A DNA stretch of 64,000 nt from Lingula anatina (lineage: Eukaryota; Animalia; Brachiopoda). Below, piece by piece: positions 37,001 to 49,800 of the stretch. The position numbers and the translations under genes are program-made. The first letter of the stretch is position 1; the number at the start of each line of letters is the position of its first letter. Under the pieces are notes generated by a model. That model saw nothing but the letters and a program-made list of their open reading frames with translations. It ran no database searches and was not told where the DNA came from. Location of the stretch: positions 8,556,001 to 8,620,000 of the forward strand of contig CM120649.1 of assembly GCA_051362555.1 (NCBI GenBank), in the 5' to 3' direction.

Positions 37001-40000
37001 TTTTCCGAAATATATTGCCCCAAAGAATACTTTTCATTTGACATTGACAACTGATCAGCTTATCACAAATTTTTATCGATGTTAAGCATCATTTGTTAAA
37101 ATATCAGAAATATTGGAAAAGATTTGACAAAATTATTTACGTTTAACTATTTTAAGTCATGGGGTTTGCCAGTTTTTTTCAGTGTAATTTCAGTTTTCTG
37201 AAGTTTATTGTTCTTTCTTTCCAGAGTACCCTTACCATGAAAAAGGAGGCAGTGAAAGACAGCAGCAAGAGCAGCACTATGTCTTATCCATGTGTACAAT
37301 ACATGACAAGTGGCAAGATTTGGGACATTGTCAAATATTGTGCTAACAACAACCCATTCTAGAACCCATTGTGAGGAGTAATCTGCATCTGACATTGATA
37401 GTAAGGAGGAGTCTTGTATGGGTATATATTGTTTTCCAGATGACAGCTGTAGGTAACTTGCAACCCCCCACACAAACAAACTCAAATCATCACATTTGCT
37501 TTTTTGCAATAATATATTGCAATAATACATTGCAATATTGAAATATTTGTTTTGGTCAATTCTCACACTTCTGATTATCAATTTCCGATAAACTTGGCAC
37601 TTAAAAAAGACAGTCAACTGATTAGATTATCACAGATTTTTCTTGTTGTTAAGCATCTTTTGTGCAAATTTCAGAATCATTGGACAAGATTTGACAAAAT
37701 TATTAACATTTAACTATTTTAAGTCATGGAATTTGCCAGTGTTTTTGTGGTAGTTTTCTGTTTTCCGAAATATATTGCCCCAAAGAATACTTTTCATTTG
37801 ACATTGACAACTGATCAGCTTATCACAGACTTTTATTGTTGTTAAGCATCATTTGTACAGATTTTAGAATTATTGGATGAGATTTGACAAAATTATTAAC
37901 GTTTAACTATTTTAAGTCATGGAATTTGCCAACTTATTTTCAGTGTAATTTTGAGTTTTCTCTAATATATTGACAAAAGAAAATACTTTTCGTTAGACAC
38001 AGTCAACTGATCGGCTTATCACAGATTTTTATTGTTATTAAGCATCATTTGTGCAAATTTCAGAAACATTGGACAAGATTTGTCCAAATTATGAACATTT
38101 AACTATTTTAAGTCATGGAATTTGTCAGTGTTTTCAGTTTAATTTTCATTTTTCTCAAATATATTGTCTATAGAAAATACTTTTCATTAGACACACAGTC
38201 AACTGATCAGATTATCACAGTTTTTATCGATGTTAAGCATCATTTGTTAAAATATCAGAAATATTGGAAAAGATTTGACAAAATTATTTACGTTAAACTA
38301 TTTTAAGTCATGGGGTTTGCCAGTTTTTTTCAGTGTAATTTCAGTTTTCTGAAGTTTATTGTTCTTTCTTTCCAGAGTACCCTTACCATGAAAAAGCAGG
38401 CTGTGAAAGACAGCATCAAGAGAAGAACTATGTCTTATCCATGTGTACAATACATGACAAGTGGCAAGATGTAGGACATTGTCAAATATTGTGCTAGCAA
38501 CAACCCATTCCAGAAACCCATTGTAAGGAGTAATCTGCATCTGACATTAATAGTAAGGAGGAGTCTTGTATGGGTATTTATTGTTTTCCAGATGACAGCT
38601 GTAGGTAACTTGGAACCTCCTACACAAACAAACTCAAATCATCACATTTTCTTTTTTCTTTGGTAGTAAATAATACATTGCAATATTGCAATATCTGTTT
38701 TGTTCAATTCTCACACTTCTGATTATCAATTTCCAATAAACTTGGCACTTAAAAAAACACAGTCAACTGATTAGCTTATCGCAGATTTTTATTGTTGTTA
38801 AGCATCTTTTGTGCAAATTTCAGAAGTATTGGACAAGATTTGCCAAAATTATTAACGTTTTACTATTTTGAGCCATGGAATTTGCCAGTGTTTTTATGGT
38901 AGTTTTCTGTTTTCAGAAATATATTGCCCCAAAGAACACTTTTCATTTGACACTGACAACTGATCAGCTTATCACAGACTTTTATTGTTGTTAAGCATCA
39001 TTTGTACAGATTTTAGAAACATTGGATGAGATTTGACAAAACTATTAACATTTAACTATTTTAAGTCATGGAATTTGCCAACTTATTTTCAGTGTAATTT
39101 TGAGTTTTCTCTAATATATCGTCCGAAGAAAATACTTTTCGTTAGACACAGTCAACTGATCAGCTTATCACAGATTTTCATTGTTGTTAAGCATCATTTG
39201 TGCAAATTTCAGAAACACTGGACAAGATTTGTCCAAATTATGAACATTTAACTATTTTAAGTCATGGAATTTGTCAGTGTTTTCAGTTTAATTTTCATTT
39301 TTCTCAAATATATTGTCTATAGAAAATACTTTTCATTAGACACACAGTCAACTGATCAGATTATCACAGTTTTTATCGATGTTAAGCATCATTTGTTAAA
39401 ATATCAGAAATATTGGAAAAGATTTGACAAAATTATTTACGTTAAACTATTTTAAGTCATGGGGTTTGCCAGTTTTTTTCAGTGTAATTTCAGTTTTCTG
39501 AAGTTTATTGTTCTTTCTTTCCAGAGTACCCTTACCATGAAAAAGGAGGCAGTGAAAGACAGCAGCAAGAGCAGCACTATGTCTTATCCATGTGTACAAT
39601 ACATGACAAGTGGCAAGATTTGGGACATTGTCAAATATTGTGCTAACAACAACCCATTCCAGAACCCATTGTGAGGAGTAATCTGCATCTGACATTGATA
39701 GTAAGGAGGAGTCTTGTATGGGTATATATTGTTTTCCAGATGACAGCTGTAGGTAACTTGCAACCCCCCACACAAACAAACTCAAATCATCACATTTGCT
39801 TTTTTGCAATAATATATTGCAATAATACATTGCAATATTGAAATATTTGTTTTGGTCAATTCTCACACTTCTGATTATCAATTTCCGATAAACTTGGCAC
39901 TTAAAAAAGACAGTCAACTGATTAGATTATCACAGATTTTTCTTGTTGTTAAGCATCTTTTGTGCAAATTTCAGAATCATTGGACAAGATTTGACAAAAT

Positions 40001-40624
40001 TATTAACATTTAACTATTTTAAGTCATGGAATTTGCCAGTGTTTTTGTGGTAGTTTTCTGTTTTCCGAAATATATTGCCCCAAAGAATACTTTTCATTTG
40101 ACATTGACAACTGATCAGCTTATCACAGACTTTTATTGTTGTTAAGCATCATTTGTACAGATTTTAGAATTATTGGATGAGATTTGACAAAATTATTAAC
40201 ATTTAACTATTTTAAGTTATGGAATTTGCCAACTTATTTTCAGTGTAATTTTTAGTTTTCTTTAATATATTGTCCAAAGAAAATACTTTTCGTTAAACAC
40301 AGTCAACTGATCAGCTTATCACAGACTTTTATTGTTGTTAAGCATCATTTGTGGAAATTTCAGAATCATTGGACAAGATTTGTCAAAATTATTAACATTT
40401 AACTATTTTAAGTCATGGAATTTACCAGTGTTTTCAGTTTAATTTTCATTTTTCTCAAATATATCGTCTATAGAAAATACTTTTCATCAGACACACAGTC
40501 AACTGATCAGATTATCACAAATTTTTATTGATGTTAAGCATCATTTGTTAAAATATCAGAAATATTGGACAAGATTTGACAAAATTATGTATGTTTAACA
40601 ATTTTAAGTCATGGGGTTTGACAG

Positions 40625-42154
40625 TTTTTATGTACAGACACAGATGTGTCTGTACATATTGCCATCACCTGCGTCTGTCGTCGCCGATGGCGATGGCGAT
40701 GGCGATGGCGATGCCGATGCCGATGGCGATGCCGTGCACTTTCCTTGTAAACACGATAAGTGGAGGGCAGTTTTACTTTTTGGCTTTATATTTACAGAGC
40801 TGATGAATATTCATAAAACGCAGGTCAAGTTCGAAAATCAGCATGATCGGGCCATTATTGTAGAAGTTATGCTGTTTTTTCACTTTTCAGCATATTTTTC
40901 ACATTTCCTCAGATTCAATTCTTAGGCATGTTAACAGTTTCATTATTTAATTAATAAGATATGTAAAAGTGTTTTTTTTACATTTCCTGCATCTTTACTA
41001 CATTGTTAGTTGATTTTGTAAAAATGATGTTAAACTTGTTATTGTGTATTGTGTAATAAGGTTTCAAAAATGGAAATAAACTCATATCATTGCAGTTTGT
41101 CAGATTGAATCATTCACTATGTTCAGAATCTCAGAATGGAGGAAATTGGACATTTGACACTATTCTATTGATATTTTTCCCATCTCATCAATTTTCTTAG
41201 TTGATCATATAAAAATGGCAGTTAACTGTTAATTTTGTTTTATGTTAAAAATTGTTAAAAATGGAAATAAACCCATTTCAGAACAGTGCTGTCTTGTTTA
41301 CATTTTGGCATTTTCAAGTTGTGGCTTTGAAGTTCCATGGGCCTAAAGACCTTTGCTAGTCACATTTTCTGAATATCCATGATACTAATATTTTATTATT
41401 AAAAATTGATGGTCATTATGCTGTTAAACATTATGTAATATTGCATCAAAATTTGAAAAAAAACTATTTTGGGCACTGCTCCCATGATGACCATTTAAGA
41501 AAAACCATGTCACTTACTGTTCTCAAACAGTACAGTAAATATGTACAGATGTGTCTGTACATATTGCCATCACCTGCGTCTGTCGTCGCCGTCATCGCTG
41601 TTGCCGGCACCTTGCACTTTCATTGTAAACACGATAAGTGGAAGGCAGTTTTACTTTTGGGCTTTATATTTAAAGAGCTGATGAATATTCATAAAACGCA
41701 GGTCAAGTTCGAAAATCAGGATGATCGGGCCATTATTGTAGAAGTTATGCTTTTTACTTTCACTTTTCAACATATATGCAACACTGTAAACACATTTCAA
41801 GGAAAACCGATAGGCCTGTTGTCGTGAAACTCTCAGGAGTAATCGATCTTACTAAAACGGAGGTCAAGTTCGAAAATTGGCATGCAGCCTGAGTTGGAAA
41901 AGCAGTCTAATTGGCTTCTTTTTCTGGAAGTTATACATTTTCAAAGTGTGAACTTGAACTCTCATGGGCCTGAAGCCTTATGCTTGTTACACATTTTACT
42001 TTCATTGGTATTACCTGTTGAGCATAATTAAAATTTGATGTTGAATTTACAGTTTAACATAATGTACCTTTGCATCAGAATAAACAGTAGCCTATTTTGT
42101 GCATAGTTATTTCCTGCTTTTTGTCTGTACATTTGACAGCTTTGCTGCCTTGTT
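40625..42154 (+). mobile_element. HINE/Helentron-type element, copy 2, inserted in the satellite
   Basis: Same head and tail as 18501-20688. It sits in the T-run of GACAGTTTTTTCAGTG (empty site at ~36022 and ~49317) without a TSD, has an expanded (GATGGC)n tract and a second head at ~41540. Confidence 0.88.
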
Positions 42155-43110
42155 TCAGTGTAATTTTCAGTTTTCTGAAGTTTATTGTTCTTTCTTTCTA
42201 GAGTACCCTTACCATGAAAAAGGAGGCAGTGAAAGACAGCAGCAAGTGAAGAACTATGTCTTATCCATGTGTACAATACATGACATGTGGCAAGATTTAG
42301 CACATTGTCAAATATTGTGCTAACAACAACCCATTCCAGAAACCCATTGTAAGGAGTAATCTGCATCTTACATTAATAGTAAGGAGGAGTCTTGTATGGG
42401 TATATATTGTTTTCCAGATGACAGCTGTAGGTAACTTGCAACCTCCTTCACAAACAAATTCAAATCATCACATTTGCTTTTTTCTTTGATAGTAAATAAT
42501 ACATTGCAATATTGCAATATTTGTTTTGGTCAAACCCACACTTCTGATAATCAATTTCCAATAAACTTGGCACTTAAAAAAACACAGTCAACTGATTAGC
42601 TTATCACAGATTTTTCTTGTTGTTAAGCATATTTTGTGCAAATTTCAGAAGTATTGGACAAGATTTGACAAAATTATTAACGTTTAACTCTTTTGAGCCA
42701 CGGAATTTGCCAGTGTTTTTGTGGTAGTTTTCTGTTTTCAGAAATATATTGCCCCAAAGAACACTTTTCATTTGACATTGACAACTGATCAGCTTATCAC
42801 AGACTTTTATTGTTGTTAAGCATCATTTGTACAGATTTTAGAAACATTGGATGAGATTTGACAAAATTATTAACGTTTAACTATTTTAAGTCATGAAATT
42901 TGCCAACTTATATTCAGTGAAATTTTTAGTTTTCTCTAATATATCGTCCGAAGAAAATACTTTTCGTTAGACACAGTCAACTGATTAGATTATCACAGAT
43001 TTTTCTTGTTGTTAAGCATCTTTTGTGCAAATTTCAGAATCATTGGACAAGATTTGACAAAATTATTAACGTTTAACTATTTTGAGCCATGGAATTTGCC
43101 AGTGTTTTTG

Positions 43111-46100
43111 TAGTAGGCTTGTTAAGGACCAAAAAATGGCCAAACGCTGCATTTTGTAGTACAAATGTCTAACTTGGCATAAATGTTCCTTGGGCCAAAA
43201 GAAAATTTTTTATCCAAAGAGACGCCCTCTACCGATACATTAATTAGCATAAATTATGCAAATTATGTGCCAAAATATATAATATTTTATATTTCCATTA
43301 ATTTTTGGCCTAGAAACATGTATAGATTATCAAACCTGACTAAATTAGGGACAAGGAACCCATTTTTGATCATTTGGAAGCAATTGGTGGCCATTTTGTG
43401 CCTCAAATCCAAGATGGCCGCCACCCGCCATTTTGAAAGTAGACATAATTTTGCTATTTTATGTTGAATTTTGAAGCGTTTGCTCTAACTATACTTGATA
43501 TATATATCGATTCTTACTATTTTGGGGGTGCAAAAGTAATTTTTGATATTGTTATGGTGATAGTAGGTGATGTGAAGGAACAAAGAGGGTGTTTTAAGTG
43601 CCTACCAAGATATGTGTGAACGCTGCAAAACCATGGATATTGATAACCCGTATTCAAATATATTCGTTATATACCATCTCTATTGGACTATATTATGAGC
43701 AAAAAAACACATTTTACCATTATGGAGGCCATTGGTGGCCGTTTTATCCCTCAAATCCAAGATGGCCGCCAAAAACCATTTTGAAATTGGGCATAATTCG
43801 CTATTTTGAAACTATATGTATTACATCTTTGTAAATGAGTAATACGTCGTTTTATATTATTTTCTGGTGCAGAATACATTATCTGTTTCATGAAATGTGA
43901 GTACAAACTATTTTAGCCTCCAAAATCAATATGCATGTAGGCTTAAGTTGTCAAATAGACTTACATGTGCCATGTAGTCTAATTAGTACAAAATGTTTTA
44001 TTAAATCCTAAAGAGCTTGAAACAAGCGTCAGAGATCAAAATGGCTTAATTAAAGGTAAAGAACACATACCTGGTGCTTTGAAGACAATTGGTAGCCATT
44101 TTGATCCTCAAATCCAAGATGGCCGCCAGTCACAATTTTGAAATACGGGTAAGGCATAACTCATCAATTTGAAGCTATTGCTCTTACACTAGCATGTTAT
44201 ACATCGTTTCTTATCATTTGGGTTGTAGAAGTCGTGTCTTATCTCTTCTGAGATATAATACAAAAAGAAAATATTACAAGGCTCCAACACCAATACAGGC
44301 TTACGTCTTCACCTCGTATACGTCTTGAAGTCAAATTTGTGCAAAAATATGTTATATAACAATTATAAAATAGTTTTGCCAGACATGTAGATTAAGTGCA
44401 AGAGACCAGCATGGCTGATTCGACTTCATGGTGACTACTGTTAGCTATTCTGTTGTTCATATCCAAGAACCTGTCACTATTTTAAAATTATGGCATAATT
44501 TACCTTTTTGAGCTGTTGGACTTTCATATATGATCGTAATACATCAATTGTTACTATTTTGGAAGTACGTAATTAATTTCCGGTGTTATTCTGGTGACAG
44601 AGGATAATAACAAAGGCATAAGGTGTTTTAAGATGATTCCAAGATGAATTTTCTTGTAGTTGTCATATATTGTAGATGTTTTGTGCTTGTTCGTCCATTG
44701 GAAACAATGAGAACTATAAAGTTGCCTTATGGATTTCTATTGGTAGTGAGATGACTTGTCTGGCCAAATCATGCTAGGAATGATCACTGGCACTGTCAAC
44801 TAGGAAAATAGGCTGCTTCCTCGATATTTTTGCTTTATCCCTCTTGCCTACCTGCGCAGCTGCTGCTTTCCAGTTGGTTTTGCAGATTCCTTCTTTTGTG
44901 TAAAGATACCACTTTCCTCTGATGCGACATGTTCTCATGCATTGATGTTTCTCTGGAAACTGGATTTTAATATATTGTTTGGCTGTTTCTCATAGGACAC
45001 TGACAAAACCTCAATTCTTACTGGCTGTTGTCTTATTGGCCTACCAGAGCTGATCATGCATGTTTTTTTTTTGTTTTTTTTTTTGTTTTTTTTTTTTTTG
45101 CTGTGCTGCTGGATGATTTTGCAGACAAGATCTGGAGCTATTTCAAAGCAAAGTCCATTTGCTTGTCTTTCACGGGCATTTTGGCATCAATACAACTAAC
45201 CAAGTTCCATAGTATTATAAGACGACACATTTTTCACCCTTCAAATCTTCTGGACTATATTTAACATGCAAATGCAAGCCCCAGTGACTGGGACATAAAT
45301 GTACATGTGGCTTTTTGGTTCACATTGACCAGTAAAAGATTAATAATATAATACCACTATGTATATATATTTATTGCTTACCTTTAAATTATTCAGTATC
45401 TTTTAGTGGATGGTCACTTAAGATAAATCTAAATGATGTATTTGAGCATGTGGTTCGGGTTCCACATTTTTGTTACAGACGCAACGAAACTCATCTTGGA
45501 ATTTATTTTACAACCTTATATTACGGTACCTTTTTATTATCTTCTGTCATCAAATTAGCACCGGAAAATTACTTTTGTGCCCCCAGAATAGTACCATTTT
45601 ACCTAATACAAGCCCACAGTTCAAAGGTTATAAATTACACCAAATTATTAAAATAGCGGCATGCAACCAACACTTGGTTTTGATCAAAAAAATAGCAAAC
45701 AATTATCCTCATGCGGTCAAAGATGTATTATTTTGCTTTAATGCAGCCATTTTGTTTGCTGACACTTGTTTTATAGATCGGGCAAAAGCAGTTTTGCACT
45801 AATTGGATTACTAATTGTACATATAAACTGCAGGCCCATGTGGCGACTGAATCCTATATTTATTTGGAGGCTTATAAAAGTTTCTATTTACATTTTATGA
45901 AACCGAAATTGCATTCTGCACCAGGAAATAATCAATAAAAATGAAGTATGGCACGCTTATAAAGGTGTGATAGTTTCAAAATGGTGAATAATGCTCAATT
46001 TGAAAATGGCGTATTTGGGTCAGCTTGGATTTGAGGCACAAATTTTATGAAACAAATAGTATTCTGCACCAGAATATAATATAAAACGAAGTATTACTCA

Positions 46101-46830
46101 TTTACAAAGATGTAACACATATAGTTTCAAAATAGCGAATTATGCCCAATTTCAAAATGGTTTTTGGCGGCCATCTTGGATTTGAGGGATAAAACGGCCA
46201 CCAATGGCCTCCATAATGATAAAATGTGTTTTTTTGCTCATAATATAGTCCAATAGAGATGGTATATAACGAAAAATTGCATTGAGATATATTTGAATAC
46301 GGGTTATCAATATCCATGGTTTTGCAGCGTTCACACATATCTTGGTAGGCACTTAAAACACCCTCTTTGTTCCTTCACATCACCTACTATCACCATAACA
46401 ATATCAAAAATTACTTTTGCACCCCCAAAATAGTAAGAATCGATATATATATCAAGTATAGTTAGAGCAAACGCTTCAAAATTCAACATAAAATAGCAAA
46501 ATTATGTCTACTTTCAAAATGGCGGGTGGCGGCCATCTTGGATTTGAGGCACAAAATGGCCACCAATTGCTTCCAAATGATCAAAAATGGGTTCCTTGTC
46601 CCTAATTTAGTCAGGTTTGATAATCTATACATGTTTCTAGGCCAAAAATTAATGGAAATATGAAATATTATATATTTTGGCACATAATTTGCATAATTTA
46701 TGCTAATTAATGTATCGATAGAGGGCGTCTCTTTGGATAAAAAAAAATTCTTTTGGCCCAAGGAACATTTATGCCAAGTTAGACATTTGTACTATAAAAT
46801 GCAGCGTTTGACCTCTTAACAAGCCTACTA
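43111..46830. mobile_element. 3.7-kb non-autonomous DNA transposon with ~780-bp TIRs, Academ-like
   Basis: ttg|TAGTAGGCTTGTTAAG ... CTTAACAAGCCTACTA|ttg. The empty satellite site AGTGTTTTTGTGGTAG shows a 3-bp TSD (TTG). 43111-~43895 is the inverted copy of ~46045-46830. No intact transposase ORF. Confidence 0.85.
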
Positions 46831-49800
46831 TTGTGGTAGTTTTCTGTTTTCCGAAATATATTGCCCCAAAGAACACTTTTCATTTGACATTGACAACTGA
46901 TCAGCTTATCACAGACTTTTATTGTTGTTAAGCATCATTTGTACAGATTTTAGAATTATTGGATGAGATTTGACAAAATTATTTACGTTAAACTATTTTA
47001 AGTCATGGGGTTTGCCAGTTTTTTTCAGTGTAATTTCAGTTTTCTGAAGTTTATTGTTCTTTCTTTCCAGAGTACCCTTACCATGAAAAAGGAGGCTGTG
47101 AAAGACAGCATCAAGAGAAGAACTATGTCTTATCCATGTGTACAATACATGACAAGTGGCAAGATGTAGGACATTGTCAAATATTGTGCTAGCAACAACC
47201 CATTCCAGAAACCCATTGTAAGGAGTAATCTGCATCTGACATTAATAGTAAGGAGGAGTCTTGTATGGGTATTTATTGTTTTCCAGATGACAGCTGTAGG
47301 TAACTTGGAACCTCCTACACAAACAAACTCAAATCATCACATTTTCTTTTTTCTTTGGTAGTAAATAATACATTACAATATTGCAATATCTGTTTTGGTC
47401 AATTCTCACACTTCTGATTATCAATTTCCAATAAACTTGGCACTTAAAAAAACACAGTCAACTGATTAGCTTATCGCAGATTTTTATTGTTGTTAAGCAT
47501 CTTTTGTGCAAATTTCAGAAGTATTGGACAAGATTTGCCAAAATTATTAACGTTTTACTATTTTGAGCCATGGAATTTGCCAGTGTTTTTATGGTAGTTT
47601 TCTGTTTTCAGAAATATATTGCCCCAAAGAACACTTTTCATTTGACACTGACAACTGATCAGCTTATCACAGACTTTTATTGTTGTTAAGCATCATTTGT
47701 ACAGATTTTAGAAACATTGGATGAGATTTGACAAAACTATTAACATTTAACTATTTTAAGTCATGGAATTTGCCAACTTATTTTCAGTGTAATTTTTAGT
47801 TTTCTCTAATATATCGTCCGAAGAAAATACTTTTCGTTAGACACAGTCAACTGATCAGCTTATCACAGATTTTCATTGTTGTTAAGCATCATTTGTGCAA
47901 ATTTCAGAAACACTGGACCAGATTTGTCCAAATTATTAACATTTAACTATTTTAAGTCATGGAATTTGCCAGTGTTTTCAGTTTAATTTTCATTTTTCTT
48001 AAATATATCGTCTATAGAAAATACTTTTAATTAGACACACAGTCAACTGATCAGATTATCACAAATTTTTATCGATGTTAAGCATCATTTGTTAAAATAT
48101 CAGAAATATTGGAAAAGATTTGACAAAATTATTTACGTTTAACTATTTTAAGTCATGGGGTTTGTCAGTTTTTTTCAGTGTAATTTCAGTTTTCTGAAGT
48201 TTATTGTTCTTTCTTTCCAGAGTACCCTTACCATGAAAAAGGAGGCAATGAAAGACAGCAGCAAAAGCAGCACTATGTCTTATCCATGTGTACAATACAT
48301 GACAAGTGGCAAGATTTAGGACATTGTCAAATATTGTGCTAACAACAACCCATTCCAGAAACCAATGGTGAGGAGTAATCTGCATCTGACATTGATTGTA
48401 AGGAGGAGTCTTGTATGGGTATATATTGTTTTCCAGATGACAGCTGTAGGTAACTTGCAACCCCCCACACAAACAAACTCAAATCATCACATTTGTTTTT
48501 TTGCAATAATATATTGCAATAATACATTGCAATATTGAAATATTTGTTTTGGTCAATTCTCACACTTCTGATTATCAATTTCCGATAAACTTGGCACTTA
48601 AAAAAGACAGTCAACTGATTAGCTTATCACAGATTTTTATTGTTGTTTAACATCATTTGTGGAAATTTCAGAATCATTGGACAAGATTTGACAAAATTAT
48701 TAACGTTTAACTATTTTGAGCCATGGAATTTGCCAGTGTTTTTGTGGTAGTTTTCTGTTTTCCGAAATATATTGCCCCAAAGAACACTTTTCATTTGACA
48801 TTGACAACTGATCAGCTTATCACAGACTTTTATTGCTGTTAAGCATCATTTGTACAGATTTTAGAATTATTGGATGAGATTTGACAAAATTATTAACGTT
48901 TAACTATTTTAAGTCATGGAATTTGCCAACTTATTTTCAGTGTAATTTTGAGTTTTCTCTAATATATTGACAAAAGAAAATACTTTTCGTTAGACACAGT
49001 CCACTGATCAGCTTATCACAGATTTTTATTGTTGTTAAGCATCATTTGTGGAAATTTCAGAATCATTGGACAAGATTTGTCAAAATTATTAACATTTAAC
49101 TATTTTAAGTCATGGAATTTACCAGTGTTTTCAGTTTAATTTTCATTTTTCTCAAATATATCGTCTATAGAAAACACTTTTCATCAGACACACAGTCAAC
49201 TGATCAGATTATCACAAATTTTTATTGATGTTAAGCATCATTTGTTAAAATATCAGAAATATTGGACAAGATTTGACAAAATTATGTATGTTTAACAATT
49301 TTAAGTCATGGGGTTTGACAGTTTTTTCAGTGTAATTTTCAGTTTTCTGAAGTTTATTGTTCTTTCTTTCTAGAGTACCCTTACCATGAAAAAGGAGGCA
49401 GTGAAAGACAGCAGCAAGAGAAGAACTATGTCTTATCCATGTGTACAATACATGACATGTGGCAAGATTTAGCACATTGTCAAATATTGTGCTAACAACA
49501 ACCCATTCCAGAAACCCATTGTAAGGAGTAATCTGCATCTTACATTAATAGTAAGGAGGAGTCTTGTATGGGTATATATTGTTTTCCAGATGACAGCTGT
49601 AGGTAACTTGCAACCTCCTTCACAAACAAATTCAAATCATCACATTTGCTTTTTTCTTTGATAGTAAATAATACATTGCAATATTGCAATATTTGTTTTG
49701 GTCAAACCCACACTTCTGATAATCAATTTCCAATAAACTTGGCACTTAAAAAAACACAGTCAACTGATTAGCTTATCACAGATTTTTCTTGTTGTTAAGC

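Noticed and set aside
43183-46761. Mirror-image ORF pairs (43183+/46483-, 43598+/46152-)
   Set aside because: They simply reflect the long TIRs and have no transposase motifs.
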